From the human T2T-CHM13v2.0 reference genome, Homo sapiens: 64,000 nt of DNA. The stretch lies in the NCBI RefSeq assembly GCF_009914755.1, contig NC_060936.1; one strand, written 5' to 3'. Position 1 is the stretch's first letter. Each line of letters opens with the position of its first letter. Both the position numbers and the translations under genes were made by a program. Below are positions 12,850-27,075 of this stretch, piece by piece. Under the pieces are notes generated by a model. It worked only from the letters and a program-made list of their open reading frames with translations. It did no database searches and was not told where the DNA came from.

Positions 12850-13560
12850 ATTGTTGCCAATATCACAAGCTGGGAGCTGGCCTTGACTCCTTCCTCTCAA
12901 TCCCACACCCAACCAAGTCCTACTCATTCTACCTCTAAAATATCTTTCAGATCCATCTGCGTCTCTTTATCCCCTCTCTACCATCATAGCCACTACAACC
13001 TCATCTCCAGTACAGGAACAGTGTCTTCCTAGGTCTCTCCAAATCCCCTCTGCCCCACCCACCATCTGTTATCCACATTGTTGCCAGAGAAGTATCTTGA
13101 AAATGTCTATCTAGCTAAGTATTTCCCCTATTGAAGCCCTTCAATGTCATCTTGTTGCTTTTGGCTAAAAACTTTTTCAACGTTCCTCATCCTTCATCCC
13201 TCCCCCCTTATATTCTGTGTTTCAGACCTAATGAACTACTTTCCTCTTTTCCAAACAGGTAATGCTCATTCTCGCCTTTTCCCATGCTATTTCCTCTGTG
13301 CGAGACTTTTTAATACTCCCCGCTTCCTGCTTCAGTGAACTCCTATATAATCTTCATGTTCTCAGCTTAGTTGTCACTTTCTCCAGGAAGCCCTCTTTCC
13401 TTTCTCTGGGTTGGTGGTCTTCTTACCTGTTTCTGCAGCTGCACAGATCATGTATTGCCCTTGTCTGTTTTCTGGCCATGCTCCCTGGCTTTGAGAACAA
13501 CAGGGGCCTCCTTGACTTCTGCTGGGCTAAGCATGTAGGGTCTTCCTTCCATTCCAGACC
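12850..13560 (+). mobile_element. L2 LINE 3' region
   Basis: Pyrimidine-rich L2 signatures (CTTGACTCCTTCCTCTC, CCACATTGTTGCCAGAG, GTCACTTTCTCCAGGAAGCCCTC). Confidence 0.7.
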
Positions 13561-14340
13561 ATGTGGATTCACTTAATCTCTTTATGAGTTTGCCTATAGC
13601 AAAAGAAAAGGGGGCACTGGACATCATAATGGATGATGTCCACAATACCAGTGATTTCTTTTAATATCCAAACATTCCATGTATTACTGGTTGTTTTATC
13701 GTCTCTCAACAAAGTCAAGGGTGAAATGAGATGTCAGCTCTTTAAGTGGTGATTCTGTGGGGTAGTGGGGTAGGGAATGCTTTAGGCTATGTCTGGAAAC
13801 TCCTGTATTGAACACGATTTCACCTCCTCTCCTCTTAGGGTGGAAATGCTTGAGAAACCCTGATAAGATATTTGTTTGTTTTTTCCCCCTCTGTGGAGCA
13901 TTAATAGTTTAGCCAAGCTTTCAACAGGAACTATCAGATGATTCACTGTAGAGCCTCTGGGGAGGGTCTAAAATGGTGTGTTGTTGTTAATTAGGAGAGA
14001 ATCTGTACACTCTAGACAGCCAAATGTATCTCTTCCATACCCAGCATTTCCTGAGCTTCTACCCTGTGCCAGGCTCTGCTGGGTGCTGGGTTACGGAGGT
14101 GACTCAAGACCCATCCCTGCTCTTGAAAGTCTCACCCATATCTAAGATCTATAGGAATGGCATGAAGAAAATGTTAGGAGTTGAGAGATGGCAAAAAGCA
14201 CAGAGATGCACCCAATTATAAGGAGCAAGTGAGGATGGTGCGTCACATTTACACAGGCAAACTTTAGGAGTGACAGTGTGCAATGACCCTCGAAAGTGTC
14301 TCCCAGGCCATGGCAGTGCCAAGGGCCAATGTGGCATTAG

Positions 14341-14994
<654 letters not shown>

Positions 14995-15470
14995 TAGTTG
15001 GAAACTGAGACACATGGGGGTTGTCAAAGAGATGGGCATGACAGATGCAGACATTTGGGCTTGTGCAGACACATATTCACTTTTCTATATTCACACAGAC
15101 ACAGTCTCGTATACCTTGTGACGACTCTATAGCCATATTGTTCTCTGGCTTTGATAGGTAGAAATGTCTGCAAGAGAGTGAGTAAGCCCCTTCCTCCTGC
15201 TAGACACTTGGATACTTGGCAGACTTTTGCAAAACCGACCTAACAAGGACCTGGCCCCAGACAGTGGGACAATGAAGATTTCAACATTGTTTATGACAGC
15301 CTGTTGCTGTATTGTAAGTGACCTCAGTACCCCGCTTCTGAAGGAAGAGTTTATACGCTAAGAAGCCCGGAAGATATGTGGTGTGGAGTGATGGATGGAG
15401 TGTTTAGGGGTGAGGGATGGTGAGGAGTTGGGGAGGGGAAGCAGGTGCTGATCTTGAGGCCATTTGCAGT

Positions 15471-17220
15471 GGTGTTGGGACTCATGCCAATTATAATCCC
15501 AAAAGGCATAATTGCTAAAGATCACAATTTCTAGAGTCTAAATGCCCTAACATCTAAAATCCAGAAAATCACAATCCCAAAAGATTAAAATCCCTAATAT
15601 TGAAAATTTGAAAGCCAAATTCTGGAGGAGGGATTAATGCATTTTTGGTTGTACACAGGATAGTTGTATCATGTTAGTTCCATCAAGTTAGCTGGAACTA
15701 TTACCTTATTATTGTCTTGACACAATTACCAAGGTTATTGTACCTTGATAATGGATTGGCCATGAAGTATGGCAATGATAAAATCTTCGGTTTAAAGATG
15801 CATCATTTGTCTGCGTTAGCATCCTTTCCATCTAATGAAATTCCAGGAGCTTTGAATGAATGAATGCTACATTTACCTGAAGAAGCCAGCCATTACTGAC
15901 TGGCTCAAAAATAATTGTGTATATGATAGGATAAGAAGACACTTATGCAACAATGGTGCTGTTTGATCACCAGTATTGTTTCTGCCAAATATGTGGCCTG
16001 TAGATGAGTGCATTCCAAATAGGTACCTGGGTGCCCAAAGTGACATAGAAACACGGCACAGAAGATGGAAAAATCGAATAGAGAATGCTCGTCGTGTTGG
16101 GGTCTATTAAATCACAGAAGAATTTCAAAAACAGCAGTGCCATGTAGAAAATGAAAGTGAACATATTCTCCATGGGGAGCCGTGCCCTAAAAGAAAAAAA
16201 AGTAGCTATTCATCTCGATGCAAGACTTCAAAACATAGTTAATGATTGTAAAAGTTGGGCAGCTCTTATGGACTGTCTCCGTGCAATTGCCCATAATCTG
16301 TCCTTGTAATACACTTTTTCATGTCAAAGCTTCTTTTTTGTTTTGTTTTAGTTTTTTCTTTTCTTTCTTTTTTAAAGTTTTTTTCCACCACTACTTAAAA
16401 TTATCAGTGTTATCTTTTACAATTTGCTATGTTATATATTTCATCTTTGCATCATTTTCAATACTGGAGGTATAGATTGTGTAAAGGCTTTTTAAAGAGT
16501 TCTAATTCATTTTATGTATTTTTTTTTGAAGATTTGACTCCATGAAGGTGCATTATCACAATGTTGGCTTTGTGCGTAAGCATTATATGTGTACGTAAAA
16601 ATGTGGAAACTTCCTCAATAAATGAGAGATGTCCTTTTTGTACATTTGCACTTGTGAAAGGTAAAATTCTAGAACTCAGCTCTTTGGGTAACTTGCCTGT
16701 GCTGTGGTGATGACCCACTGAGGTTTTTTAACTATCTTGTCAAATGACTTAGGTTGTCCATCATGATATTTCAGTGACTGCAATTATAAAGCTGGGTGCA
16801 CACAATTACCAACGATAGTGATATGTGTTTATACAATTCACTTTTTGACCTGTTTCCCTATAAATCTGGCTTGTCTGCTTGTAACTATTATACCCTTGTG
16901 ACTGTCCTAAGCACACTTAAGTGTTTGTGCTCCAAAAATATGTATTCTATTATTGGCTATTTTAATTGCATAAAGTAAATTATAAAGTATTCTGTCATGT
17001 TCTTGTATGTTTCTCAAATAAATCCTCTTTTAAAAATGTAAATAAATGTATTCTAAAGAGTTTTTTTTTTAATTATTTTTTCCAGAATTGTATTTTCAAG
17101 ATTTTTATCTTTCAGGATTATAATTTTCAAGATTTTAGACTTTAGGGATTTTGGTCTTTTGGGATTTCAACATTTGGGATCGTGGCATTAGGAATTCTTT
17201 CAGGATTATGGCCCAAACCC
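15471..17220 (+). mobile_element. Ricksha-family MULE/MuDR DNA transposon
   Basis: Long degenerate TIRs built from AATCCC-type subrepeats (left ~15471-15620, right ~17085-17220 ending GATTATGGCCCAAACCC); internal transposase remnant. Confidence 0.8.
15753..16309 (+). pseudogene. Degenerate C-terminal MULE transposase fragment
   Basis: Manual translation across stops and frameshifts gives GLAMKYGND...LSALASFPSNEIPGALNE*...PVLFLPNMWPV...DIETRHRRWK...EEFQKQQ...LMDCLRAIAHNLSL*, resembling the MULE transposase C-terminal region. Confidence 0.7.
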
Positions 17221-18609
17221 ATTGGAACATCTCTGACTAAACCAACAGAGATGAAAATCCTAAGTTTTCGTTGTTCATCGATTTGCCTCAGAAGCATGAT
17301 GATGATGATACTAACAATAAGAGCTACCACTTTTTATAACTGGGATTTTGAGAAGACACAAATCAATATTGCCTCTTTCCCTTCTGATTCTGAACCAAGA
17401 CAAAGGAGTGAGGAAAATGGGGCCCAATCCTCATCTGTATGACTGGAGCAAGGACTTGGAGTGAGAACCCACAGGGGCTTATTGACTTCCAGCACTGAGA
17501 CTGGACCTTGGAGCAACCAACCTGAGGGCAAATTGGAATCTGCAAAGCCACACACTTCTCCAGGTAGGGAAGGATGGAGGAAGAGAGGCCAAGTCTCCCT
17601 CCTCGAGATCTTTGATGGGTCAGCACCACCCATTAAAGAAAGATAGACGACTGGCTCTTGTTTACCAGCCAGGTGGCTCACTCTGTCTCCTCAGGGAGTG
17701 CTAAGAGGTTGGACAAGTGGCCCGGTGTGTTATTGCTCCCTCATCACAATGACTATCTAGAGTGGGGCAAACTTGTCCCTCGAATGTTCCCCGTGTTTTC
17801 ATCATAGTCAACTCATAATCAGTGTGGGATGTGGCCGTCCCTTCAGGGGAGATCAGTCCTTTGTAAGGACAGCTCTGTCCTTGCTTCAAGAGGCTGCACT
17901 TTTCATTGAAACCTCTGTTCCTTCAGGCATTCTGTCTGGGCTGCTGGCAGGCAGGGTAGACTGTGCCCTCAGAGGGCTCTGAATTGAAGCAAGTCACACG
18001 TTAATAAAATCATCTCCAAGGACACCCTGTTCAAGGCTCAAAGTTATTCCATTTCCTACCTCTTAGCCCAAGTGATGTCTAGCTATGTTGCCTAATACAA
18101 CCCCAAAGAGGTTCTGGTCCAGCCAAGGAACAGGCATGAGGAAGGGTGTCTTCCAGGACAGGCACTGCAGGAGAGCCTCAGAGGTCGGGGAAAGCTGGGG
18201 CTGTGAGGGGCTTTTGAAGGGGCTTTTCCAGAGGGGAGCTGCTCTTTCAGATTTGGAGCCTGCAACCTCCATTCAGGAGAGGAAGGAGGTTATGTATGAG
18301 GGCAAAACCTCTCTCTCTCCCCTTGCCTTCTTCCTAGCCTTACCCCATGCTCCTCTCTCTCTTCCTCACACTTCCTGAATTAATGACCCCACCAAGACTT
18401 TTTCCAGAGAAAAACAACCAAGCCAGAAATCACCTGGCCTCTCTGACAGCCTGGCCCATCCCTACACACTCACATCTCATGGTCTGCCACTCCCACATGT
18501 CACTAGGCCACTGAGAGACTTCCTGTTCATCCACTGTCAGACATGAGTTGTTAGCACTTCTTGGCAAAGGATCTTGACAATTGCCTTGACAATTGCCTTG
18601 GGAAGGAAA

Positions 18610-18855
18610 ACAGCACCGTGGGTTAGTGGAAAGAATGTGGCTTTTGGAGCCAGGCGGACCTGGGCTCAATTCCCAGTTCTGCCACTTAATACCTGTGTGA
18701 CCCTGGGCAAGTCACTTAACCTCTTTGAGTTTCAGTTTCCTCATCTATAAAATAAACACAAAGATGATAATAGTGAGCTTATGAAACTGCTTTGAAAGCC
18801 ATTCAATGTGTGAAGTGTGCTTGCGAGACCCACGGGAGGTAGGCTTTAATAGTTT
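18610..18855 (+). mobile_element. MIR SINE, near full length
   Basis: TAGTGGAAAGAATGTGGCTTTTGGAGCCAGGCGGACCTGGG...TGTGACCCTGGGCAAGTCACTTAACCTCT. Confidence 0.9.
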
Positions 18856-19315
18856 GGGAAGATTCCGTCATAGCCTAATTGCAGTTTTATGGGCCTCTTC
18901 CTTTTGATAAATAACAGGACTTATCTGAACACTCTGAAATTATAGACATCACAAAGTGTCTGCTCTGCACAAGGAAGCTCTTAAACAGCCTACACCGGGC
19001 TTTCTAATGAATTTGTCTTTCTTTTGCTCTGAGCCCATGCCCACTTCCTTCTTAGTGGTAGCTGCTCACTACAAACATTTTGAAAATGCTCTCTCACGGT
19101 GCTCTTTCAGGCATTCTTTTACTAGACTGGCTCTGGTTTGTCATGAATTGTATGTGTATTGAGATTGTCTGTATGTGGTGGTAGAATTGACAGTGTAAAC
19201 ACAGGACATAGGTCCGCAGGACACAGGAGGCTGGCTGGCCCATTGTCTTTGTGATCCTTGGTATGTGGGTCTATCCTGTAGGTGACTCAAAGCACCTTTG
19301 CGACTCAGTCTTACA

Positions 19316-19623
19316 GGCCGGGCACGGTGGCTTACTCCTGTAATCCCAGCACTTTGGGAGGCCAAGGTGGGTGGATCACTTGAGGTTGGGAGTTCGAGAA
19401 CAGCCTGGCCAACATGGCAAAAGCCCATCTCTACTAAAAATACAAAAATTAGCAGGGTGTGGTAGTGGGCACCTGTATTCCCAGCTACTCGAGAGGCTGA
19501 GCAGAAGAATTGCTTGAGCCCGGGAAGTGAGCCTGGTTGCAGTGAGCCGAGATTGTGCTACTGCACTCCAGCCTGGGTGACAGAGTAAGGCTCCATCTCA
19601 AAAAACAAAGCAAAACAAAAAAA
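19316..19623 (+). mobile_element. Alu SINE (AluS-type)
   Basis: Full dimer with A-rich tail; flanks AGTCTT(A/C)CA. Confidence 0.95.
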
Positions 19624-19749
19624 GTCTTCCAGACTTTGGAGGTTGGAGGGAGCTCAAGTCAGACCAGTCTTCCCATAAATCCTACTCTGAGGCCAGATGC
19701 ATTAGAGAGAACATCTCAGTAGGTCATGTGGTTGCTTCCCTGGGGGTAC

Positions 19750-20200
19750 CACTTAGGGTTATGGCATGCAAGGAACATACTTTAACAAGAAAATGCACGT
19801 ATTGAAAAGATACTGAGTAGCTTCCAAAATTGATGGAAGACCAGAGAACCAGCTCAGGAAATGCATGTATCCCAGGGAGTTAGGCCACAGCTGAAGACCC
19901 CCAGCAGAAGGTGCTTGCTAGCAGGCTGCCACTATGTCACCACTGCTGCCACCACTGGACCCTCAGGCTTCTAGGAGTGAACTTGCTGCCATTTGAGTTA
20001 AAGTCCTAATTTCCTCTGTGTCATTGGATTGCTTGCTTAATCGCCACAGACTTGAGTTGGAATACCCTGTTGACTGTTCTTAGATTGTGTGCCCATGTTC
20101 AGCAACCAGGGAGCAGGGAGAGTCCTCTTTGGTTTTCATAGTCAGATCACCTAATAGGGAGTTCCTCCAAAAGCAGGAAGGTGTTCAAAAGATTAACATC
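19750..20200 (-). mobile_element. Ancient MaLR LTR (MLT1M/N-like)
   Basis: Degenerate GGGTTATGGCATGCAAGGAACA...ATTGAAAAGATACTGAGTAGCT pattern, shared with 21390-21850. Confidence 0.45.
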
Positions 20201-20269
20201 GAATATACTAGAAAACTAGCAGCTTTAGTGTATTGTATTTTATTCCTTTATTTATTTTTAACATTGGTT

Positions 20270-20564
20270 AGTTTTATTTTATTTATTTATTTATTTTTGA
20301 GATGAAGTCTTGCTTTGTCGCCCAGGAGTGCAGTGGCATAATCTCAGCTCACCCCGATGGCTGAAGCGATCCTCCCACCTCAGCTTCCCAGTAGCTGGGA
20401 CTACAGGTGCGCACCACCACATCTGACTAATTTTTGTATCTTTTTTGGTAGAGAGGGGGTTTCCCATGTTGCCTAGGCTTGTCTCAAACTCCTGGGCTCA
20501 AATAATTCCTCACCTTGGCCTCCGAAAGTGCTAGGATTATAGGGATGAGCTACCAGACTTGGCC
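20270..20564 (-). mobile_element. Alu SINE (AluJ-type, small internal deletions)
   Basis: (TTTA)n tail then antisense dimer ending ...AGACTTGGCC. Confidence 0.92.
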
Positions 20565-21389
20565 AATTGATTGTCTTTTAAATATCATTTTGAGTCCAGA
20601 AGACAAAATATATAATTGAAATGTCCTGTTCACCCCTAAAACTTGGGTATAGCAGAAAAAGTACTGACTTGGACTCAACTTCTCTGACTGTCAATTTCTT
20701 CTGTGAAGTGGCAATTAGGACAGCGATTCTGCACAGCTCAGTCCAGGTTGTTGTGAATATCAAATGATATAGAAACACGGCAAACTGTTAAATGCTGAGT
20801 CAAAGGAGCTGATGGTATGACAGCATGGCTATTTTCCCCTGCTATCCGATAAACCACTGGCAAACAATAGCACTTACATTACAAGGGGTTCATTTTCCGG
20901 AATTTGGTGATGTGTGCAGGGACATGGAAAATCACATTCTGCAATTAAAATGTGCAATGCAATGCTGAGCGATTCACCTGAGCTTATACAGCTGGGAGGT
21001 GGCAGATCAAGGATTACACCCAGGTCTGCCTGACTCCTCTGAATCCTACCTTCTTTACAGGAGGCCTGGTTCTAATTCTCAAAGTTGCATGAATTGACTG
21101 GAAGCTCCAGAAGATTCTGCCCAGGAAAAGGTAGAAGGAACCAAAGAAGGGAGAGAAACAAAAATCCATTCCTTGAATTCTTAGAATGACAGTTATTTAA
21201 GAAGAGCATATTGAGACATCAAGGCTGGAAAACTCTAATGAAAACCCCCACCAACCTTCCCAACAAGCCCATGAGTTATTGCACTGAATATTTTTCATTT
21301 TGCAGATGAGGAAACTGAGTGTGAAAGAAGTTAAATAATTTACCCAGAAACATCCAGCTAATATATTGAAGGCCTGAGATTCAACCTAG

Positions 21390-21850
21390 GTGTATCACCT
21401 TGGATTCTTAGTTACAAACAACAGAACCCAATATTGGTTAGTGGAAACAAATAAGAAATTTTATAAAAGATATTGAGTGACCCTGGTGAACCAAACATGA
21501 AATGCTCACCAAGTCACCGGCTGAATCACTGAATTAGTTCAACACCTTATACTCCTAAGGTAACCACTAGGTCACTTATGCTAAAACATCTCCTACTACT
21601 GCCTCTGAGAGATGGATGTAGCTGTTACCACACTTGTTTAAACAAATTGTTCCTGATACCACTTTCCTTGCGTCAAATAGTTTATGGAGGCTTCTGATAG
21701 GCTGAGCCCAGATTACATGCCTGCAACTTAGCTGCAAGGGACTTTGAGGAAGTAAGCTTATGTCTTCCTTAGAGGGAATAAATTTGTCAGTCCATCAAGA
21801 TGGGGAGTTTCTCAAACCCAGGAAAGTGTTCCAAGATGCTGGGGGTGCAA
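21390..21850 (-). mobile_element. Ancient MaLR LTR (MLT1N-like)
   Basis: TGTATCACCTTGGATTCTTAGTTACAAACAACAGAACCC...TCTGATAGGCTGAGCCCAGATTACATGCCTG...TAGCTGCAAGGG. Confidence 0.55.
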
Positions 21851-22229
21851 AGACTTTGCTTATTGTTAGCCGAATTCCTAATGCCTACGAAGTGCTTAGC
21901 ATGTAATAGGTGTGTAATAAAAGCATATCAACTTATTGATCAGATAATTCTGATTTTAAAGTTCATGCCTTTAGACACTATACTTTACCTCTTTATAGAT
22001 GGTCCATGATGAGATCTAACACAGAATATGTGATTGCCCATTAATGAAACTATATGAAGTCTCAATCCTGTGTAAAACTATCTTCATTCATTCACCAAAA
22101 TGTGCTGTTGTGATTTATGACTATGAGCTCTGAGAGACAAGGACATGTCTATCTTGTTTACCATTATATCATTCATTTTTAATACAATGCTGCAAAATAA
22201 ATAATTGTTAAATGAGTAGACTGATAATT

Positions 22230-22545
22230 GAATGAGTTTAAGAGGCAAGGTAGTCAGGATTTGGGAATGCATGCTAAGGTGGTGCCAAGGATGGCATCTC
22301 GGTTTTTAGCTTGAACACCTGGTGGGAGGGTGGCTGACATTTACTGAGCATGGGAAGACAAACAGGCTCTGGAAGGGAGCTCATGAGTTAGTTTTGGACT
22401 TGCTGAACTTTTATGTCTGGGAGACATGAAAGTGGGATGTTGAGTGGCTTGCTGGATATATGGGTCTGGAACTTAGGAGCAATGTCTGGAATGGAGGTAT
22501 AAATTTGGGAGTTGTCAGCATTTAGCTAGTAACTAAGTTGCAGTC
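22230..22545 (-). mobile_element. L2 LINE fragment
   Basis: GGTTTTTAGCTTGAACACCTGG...TTAGTTTTGGACTTGCTGAA...TGGATATATGGGTCTGGAACTTAGGAG...ATAAATTTGGGAGTTGTCAGCAT. Confidence 0.8.
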
Positions 22546-23890
22546 ATAGACATGTAATCATATGATATATACAATACATAAGACTATATATGAATCTAAA
22601 AATATTTAAATATAAAATAAAATACATACATGAACCATGAAAATAGTTGAATTAAGTTATTCGTAATAATCAGGAATGAAGAATACATAATATTAGACTG
22701 AAAAGTTGATTACTGATTAACGTGAAACGGGCATCCAAATGGTAGAAATCATACACTGGAGGTTGGGATCATTTTATTACCCAGCTAGTCTGTCTCAAAG
22801 GACAACATAAACACAGAATCAGTAGGGTGTCTGTGTATCAGAGTTCCTCCTGCTATGTTACTGGACACGGAATGTCAGATATTTCAGATGGATGTTTGCT
22901 GTGGCTTAGGCATTTCTTTTGTGTCAAGGCTAGGAACATTCTGGGGAAGGAGTACAAAGACAGGGCAATGGGAAAGTTAAGCTGAGCCATGGAAGGAGGC
23001 AGGCAGGAGGTGCACAGGGAAGCCTACAGGAAAGCTCTGTGGGGACTGAGTCTCATTGCCATCCAAGGAGCTGGAGCCTGTGACCAGAGAGAACACCCCA
23101 TATCCTTTCTCCTGTCTGTGACAGGGGAAAGGTGATCAAGAGGTTAACATTGACCCTTCCCAAACTTCCCGGCCTGGAAATGGGTGGAGAACACCTGTGG
23201 TGTGGGGTCCTTGCACTCTTTAATTACATGCCATCCATTCATCACTGTGATTGAGAACAACAATTATGGATTTAGACAGACAGAGCTCAAATCCTTGCCC
23301 CGTCACTAACTTACTGAGCAGCCTTTGATAAGCAACGTATTCTCCCTGAACCTCAATTTACTCACTCTGGTAAAGGGAAAATAATAGCATAAGACACATA
23401 GTGTTTTGGATATAGTGATCATCTTAAATTCTTACTTATGACAAAATTGAATCCAGCTCGGCCACTCTATTAGATGGGTAGTCACTGGCAGGTTTTGGAT
23501 ATGGAGATGATGAGCTCTGATTTACTATTTTAAAAGACACCCCTGATACCCTATGGGAGGTCAGAGTGGACACCAGGGGATCAGATAAGTGGCTACTGAA
23601 CTAGTGCAGGCATGGAGTGATGGTGGTTTGGATCAAGATAGAAGTGAGGTAGAGGATGGAGTAATAGAGAGGCATTTCTGGATTGTTGTAAAGATTAGTG
23701 TTTATTAGGAGCTTAATAAAAAATAGTTAATGTAATAATTATAATTATGACTTTCATCCTTAATAACACTTGTCAATTGCAGAAATGTATTTGAAAATAT
23801 GGCAAAAACATATACATTTTTGTTATGTATTATGTATTCAATAAATTCCTATATAGTGCTTACTATGTACTTGGCATTGTACTAAGAACT

Positions 23891-24439
23891 TGTTATCAGT
23901 CAGAGTTCCCCAGAGAAACAGACCTAAGAGGAGATAGATAGAGATTAGATAGATAGATAGATAGATAGATGAATTGGCTCATGTGGTTATGAAGACTAAG
24001 TCCCAAGATCTGCAGTCAGCCAGCTGGAGACCCTGGAGAGCCTACGGTATAGTTCCAGTCTGAGGCCAAAGACCTGAGAACCAGGTTCAATTGATGGTGT
24101 GAGTTCCAGTCTGAGTTTAAGTCCAAGCATCCAAAGAGCTAATGGTCTAAGTGTTAGGCTGAGTCTGAATCTCAAGGCAGGAAAAGGCTGATGTCCCAGC
24201 TTGAAGATAGGCAGAGAGAGAGAATTCTCCCTTTTTCGCCTTTTTGCTCTATTCAGGCCTTCAATGGATTGGATGAGACCCATCCACGTTGCAGGGGACA
24301 GTCTGCTTTACTCAGTCTGCCAATTCAAATGTTCATCTCATCCAGGAGCCCCCTCACAGATATACCCAGAACAATGTCTAAGCAAATATCTGGGCACCCT
24401 GGGGCCCAGTCAAGTTGACATATAAAATTAACCATCACA
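23891..24439 (-). mobile_element. ERV-L solo LTR (MLT2B-type) inserted in a MIR
   Basis: TG...CA ends (TGTTATCAGTCAGAGTTC...AATTAACCATCACA); internal (GATA)n; TSD G(A/C)ACT; antisense MIR on both sides (~23850-24580). Confidence 0.9.
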
Positions 24440-25339
24440 GCACTTTATAAGCATTAGCTTACTTAATACTTCTAACATGTCTATTATTTTCATTTTACAG
24501 AAAAGGAAATAAAGGCTTAGAGATGTTACACAGCTAATAGGTGGCAAAGCTGGGTTTCAACCGCATGTAGTCTAGGTCAATATTAAACTTGGGGGAAGAA
24601 AAAAGGATGATTCTTAGAACTAGTTTGTGACCAACTCTGCTTTTATGCCTCCTGAAGTAACTGGCTTGGAATCTCGTGCCAGGGGATTGAACAAAGCTCC
24701 TGTACAGAATTCAGCTGCCTCCTCTACACCCCAGGGCCATTTAAGGGACACCCATTTTGATAATGATTATATGAACATTTGAACTAATGGGCATTTGGAT
24801 TAAAGGTCTCTTGGAAAACTTCTTGTAGTTCTTTGGGGTATATGCTTTCAGCTCCAATCAAAACTTAATAATGAAACAAAACAAAATTTTAAAAAATCTA
24901 AAACTGCCTGACTGTTGAACTGCCAAGAGCCCAGTTAGTCAGAGCAGACCTTACAATACCAAATCAGGTTGTGTGCACACTGGAGGAAGCCTGATAAGAA
25001 AACACCGCCTAGGATGATTTCTAATTGGCAGCAAGAAAAGAGCTTGAGAACAATAGCTCGGCGGTGCCAAGTCCCTTCACATTTCTCACTAAATCAATGT
25101 CTTTTCCCCATCCGGAATGCTCTACCCTTCTCTTTACCCACCCATTTATATAATTACCTTTGGGACTTGGCTTAAAAGTTAGCTCCTGCTAAATGCCTTT
25201 CCCACCTAGCATCAACGTGCTTGGAGTTGATGGATGGAATCATTAATTTCTTACTCTTTCAGTGAGGGTCTGTTGGGTATCAGACACTCAACCAGCTGCT
25301 GAGAACAGAGTGGTGAGCTAGACACCATTCCTGACCTCC

Positions 25340-25545
25340 CAGAGCTCAGAACTTTCTGTGATGATGGAAATATTTTATGTTTGTGTTGCCTCTTATAGAA
25401 GCCACTAGCTCTGTGTGGTATTGAGTGCTTGAAAAGTGGCTATTGCAGCTGAAACATTGAGTTTTAAAATTTAATTTTGGTTAATTTCAATTTAAACAGC
25501 CACATGGGGTTAGTGGCTACTGTATTGGATGGCACCGATCTAAAG
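25340..25545. mobile_element. MER3-type hAT-Charlie DNA transposon
   Basis: AGAACTTTCTGTGATGATGGAAAT...AGCCACTAG...CAGCCACATGGGGTTAGTGGCTACTGTATTGGA. Confidence 0.85.
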
Positions 25546-26009
25546 CAAATGTCTGGTAATAAAGAAAGGGCTGCAGCAAAGTCTTCAGGAGCTGGGATAC
25601 AAATTTGTAATAAGACGTTGAGGGAGAAAACTAAGGCTTGCGGCTCAGCTCTCCTGGGCAAAGTCAATGTTGTTTAGAGGAGCAGTTATGCAGAGCCTCC
25701 GGACTCAGCTACCTGCATTCAAATTCAGGTGTTCTTCACCTTTTACTTCCATGATTTGAGGCAAGTTGCTAAAATCCTGTTTCACAAAATGATGAGTCTC
25801 AGGCTCAGACTCACCAGGGCAGAGGTGAGTGAAGCTGGAGAGGAGGCAGGTTCAGGATCTGGCCAATCTCCCATTAGCATGCATGGCAAGGTCCATGCAC
25901 CATTAACTGAAAGGGCTTCCCTTGCTGAGAATGACATTCCAGCCACGCTCCCTGTGTGGGTCATTCCTCTCGCTCACTGGCACGTATGTGCCCTCACTCC
26001 AAAATAAAA

Positions 26010-26765
26010 TTGTTTTTTTTTTTCCATTTGATTACAAAATATATTCCTGGCCATTATTAAGAAAAATACAGAAATCGTGAAAAATTATAAAGAAGAAATC
26101 ACAAATTCTATCACCCAGAACTTCAGGAATCTGGTGAATATGCAAATAGTCCTATTTAAAGATATATACATTTACATAAGTGAGAACATGGTATACATTA
26201 TGCTCTGTAATTGCTGCTTCACTCAATAATTTTCTGTGAACATTTTCCTGTGTTAATGTAGAACTTCATAAGCACTTGGATGACTACATAGTATTCTTTT
26301 TTACCAGTGAGATGGACACTTAGATTGTTTATAACTTTCCCTGGTCTAAAACACTGTGTGACGAACATATGTTCTTATGTGTTCGTGTAATGATTTTCAT
26401 AGAATACATTCTGAAATGGGGAATTTCAGTGTCAAAAAATACATTAAAAGTTTTGACACTTAATATCTGCCCTTCAGAAAGTGCTTACTGATGCATGCTC
26501 TTTCCAGAGCTCATGAGACTACCCCTTTCCCAACACCTTGTCCAAAATTAAGTTTTGTCAGTCTTGCTAATCTTTCATAGTCTGATGGGTATGTGCAACC
26601 ACCTATTATTTTTTAAAATCTGTATCTCTTTTTTATTGTTCATTTGAATATCTTTATGTTTATTTGCCATTTGTTTTTCCTCTTTGAATTGCCTATTTTT
26701 ATCTTTGTCATACTTTTTCTGTTACTATGCTCAATTTTTCCTATTGATTTCTGAGAGCTCTTTAT
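26010..26765 (-). mobile_element. Old L1 (L1ME-type) 3' region
   Basis: GATGGACACTTAGATTGTTT, TTTATGTTTATTTGCCATTTG, GAATTGCCTATT antisense L1M motifs. Confidence 0.65.
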
Positions 26766-26778
26766 GTAATCTTATTTA

Positions 26779-27075
<297 letters not shown>

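Noticed and set aside
15490-15620. Short periodic AATCCC repeats suggesting a CRISPR-like or telomere-like array
   Set aside because: No constant repeat-spacer structure; mirrored at 17085-17220 as transposon TIR subrepeats.
15462-17229. 9-bp TSD for the Ricksha element
   Set aside because: Best candidate ATTTGCAGT vs ATTGGAACA matches only 5/9.
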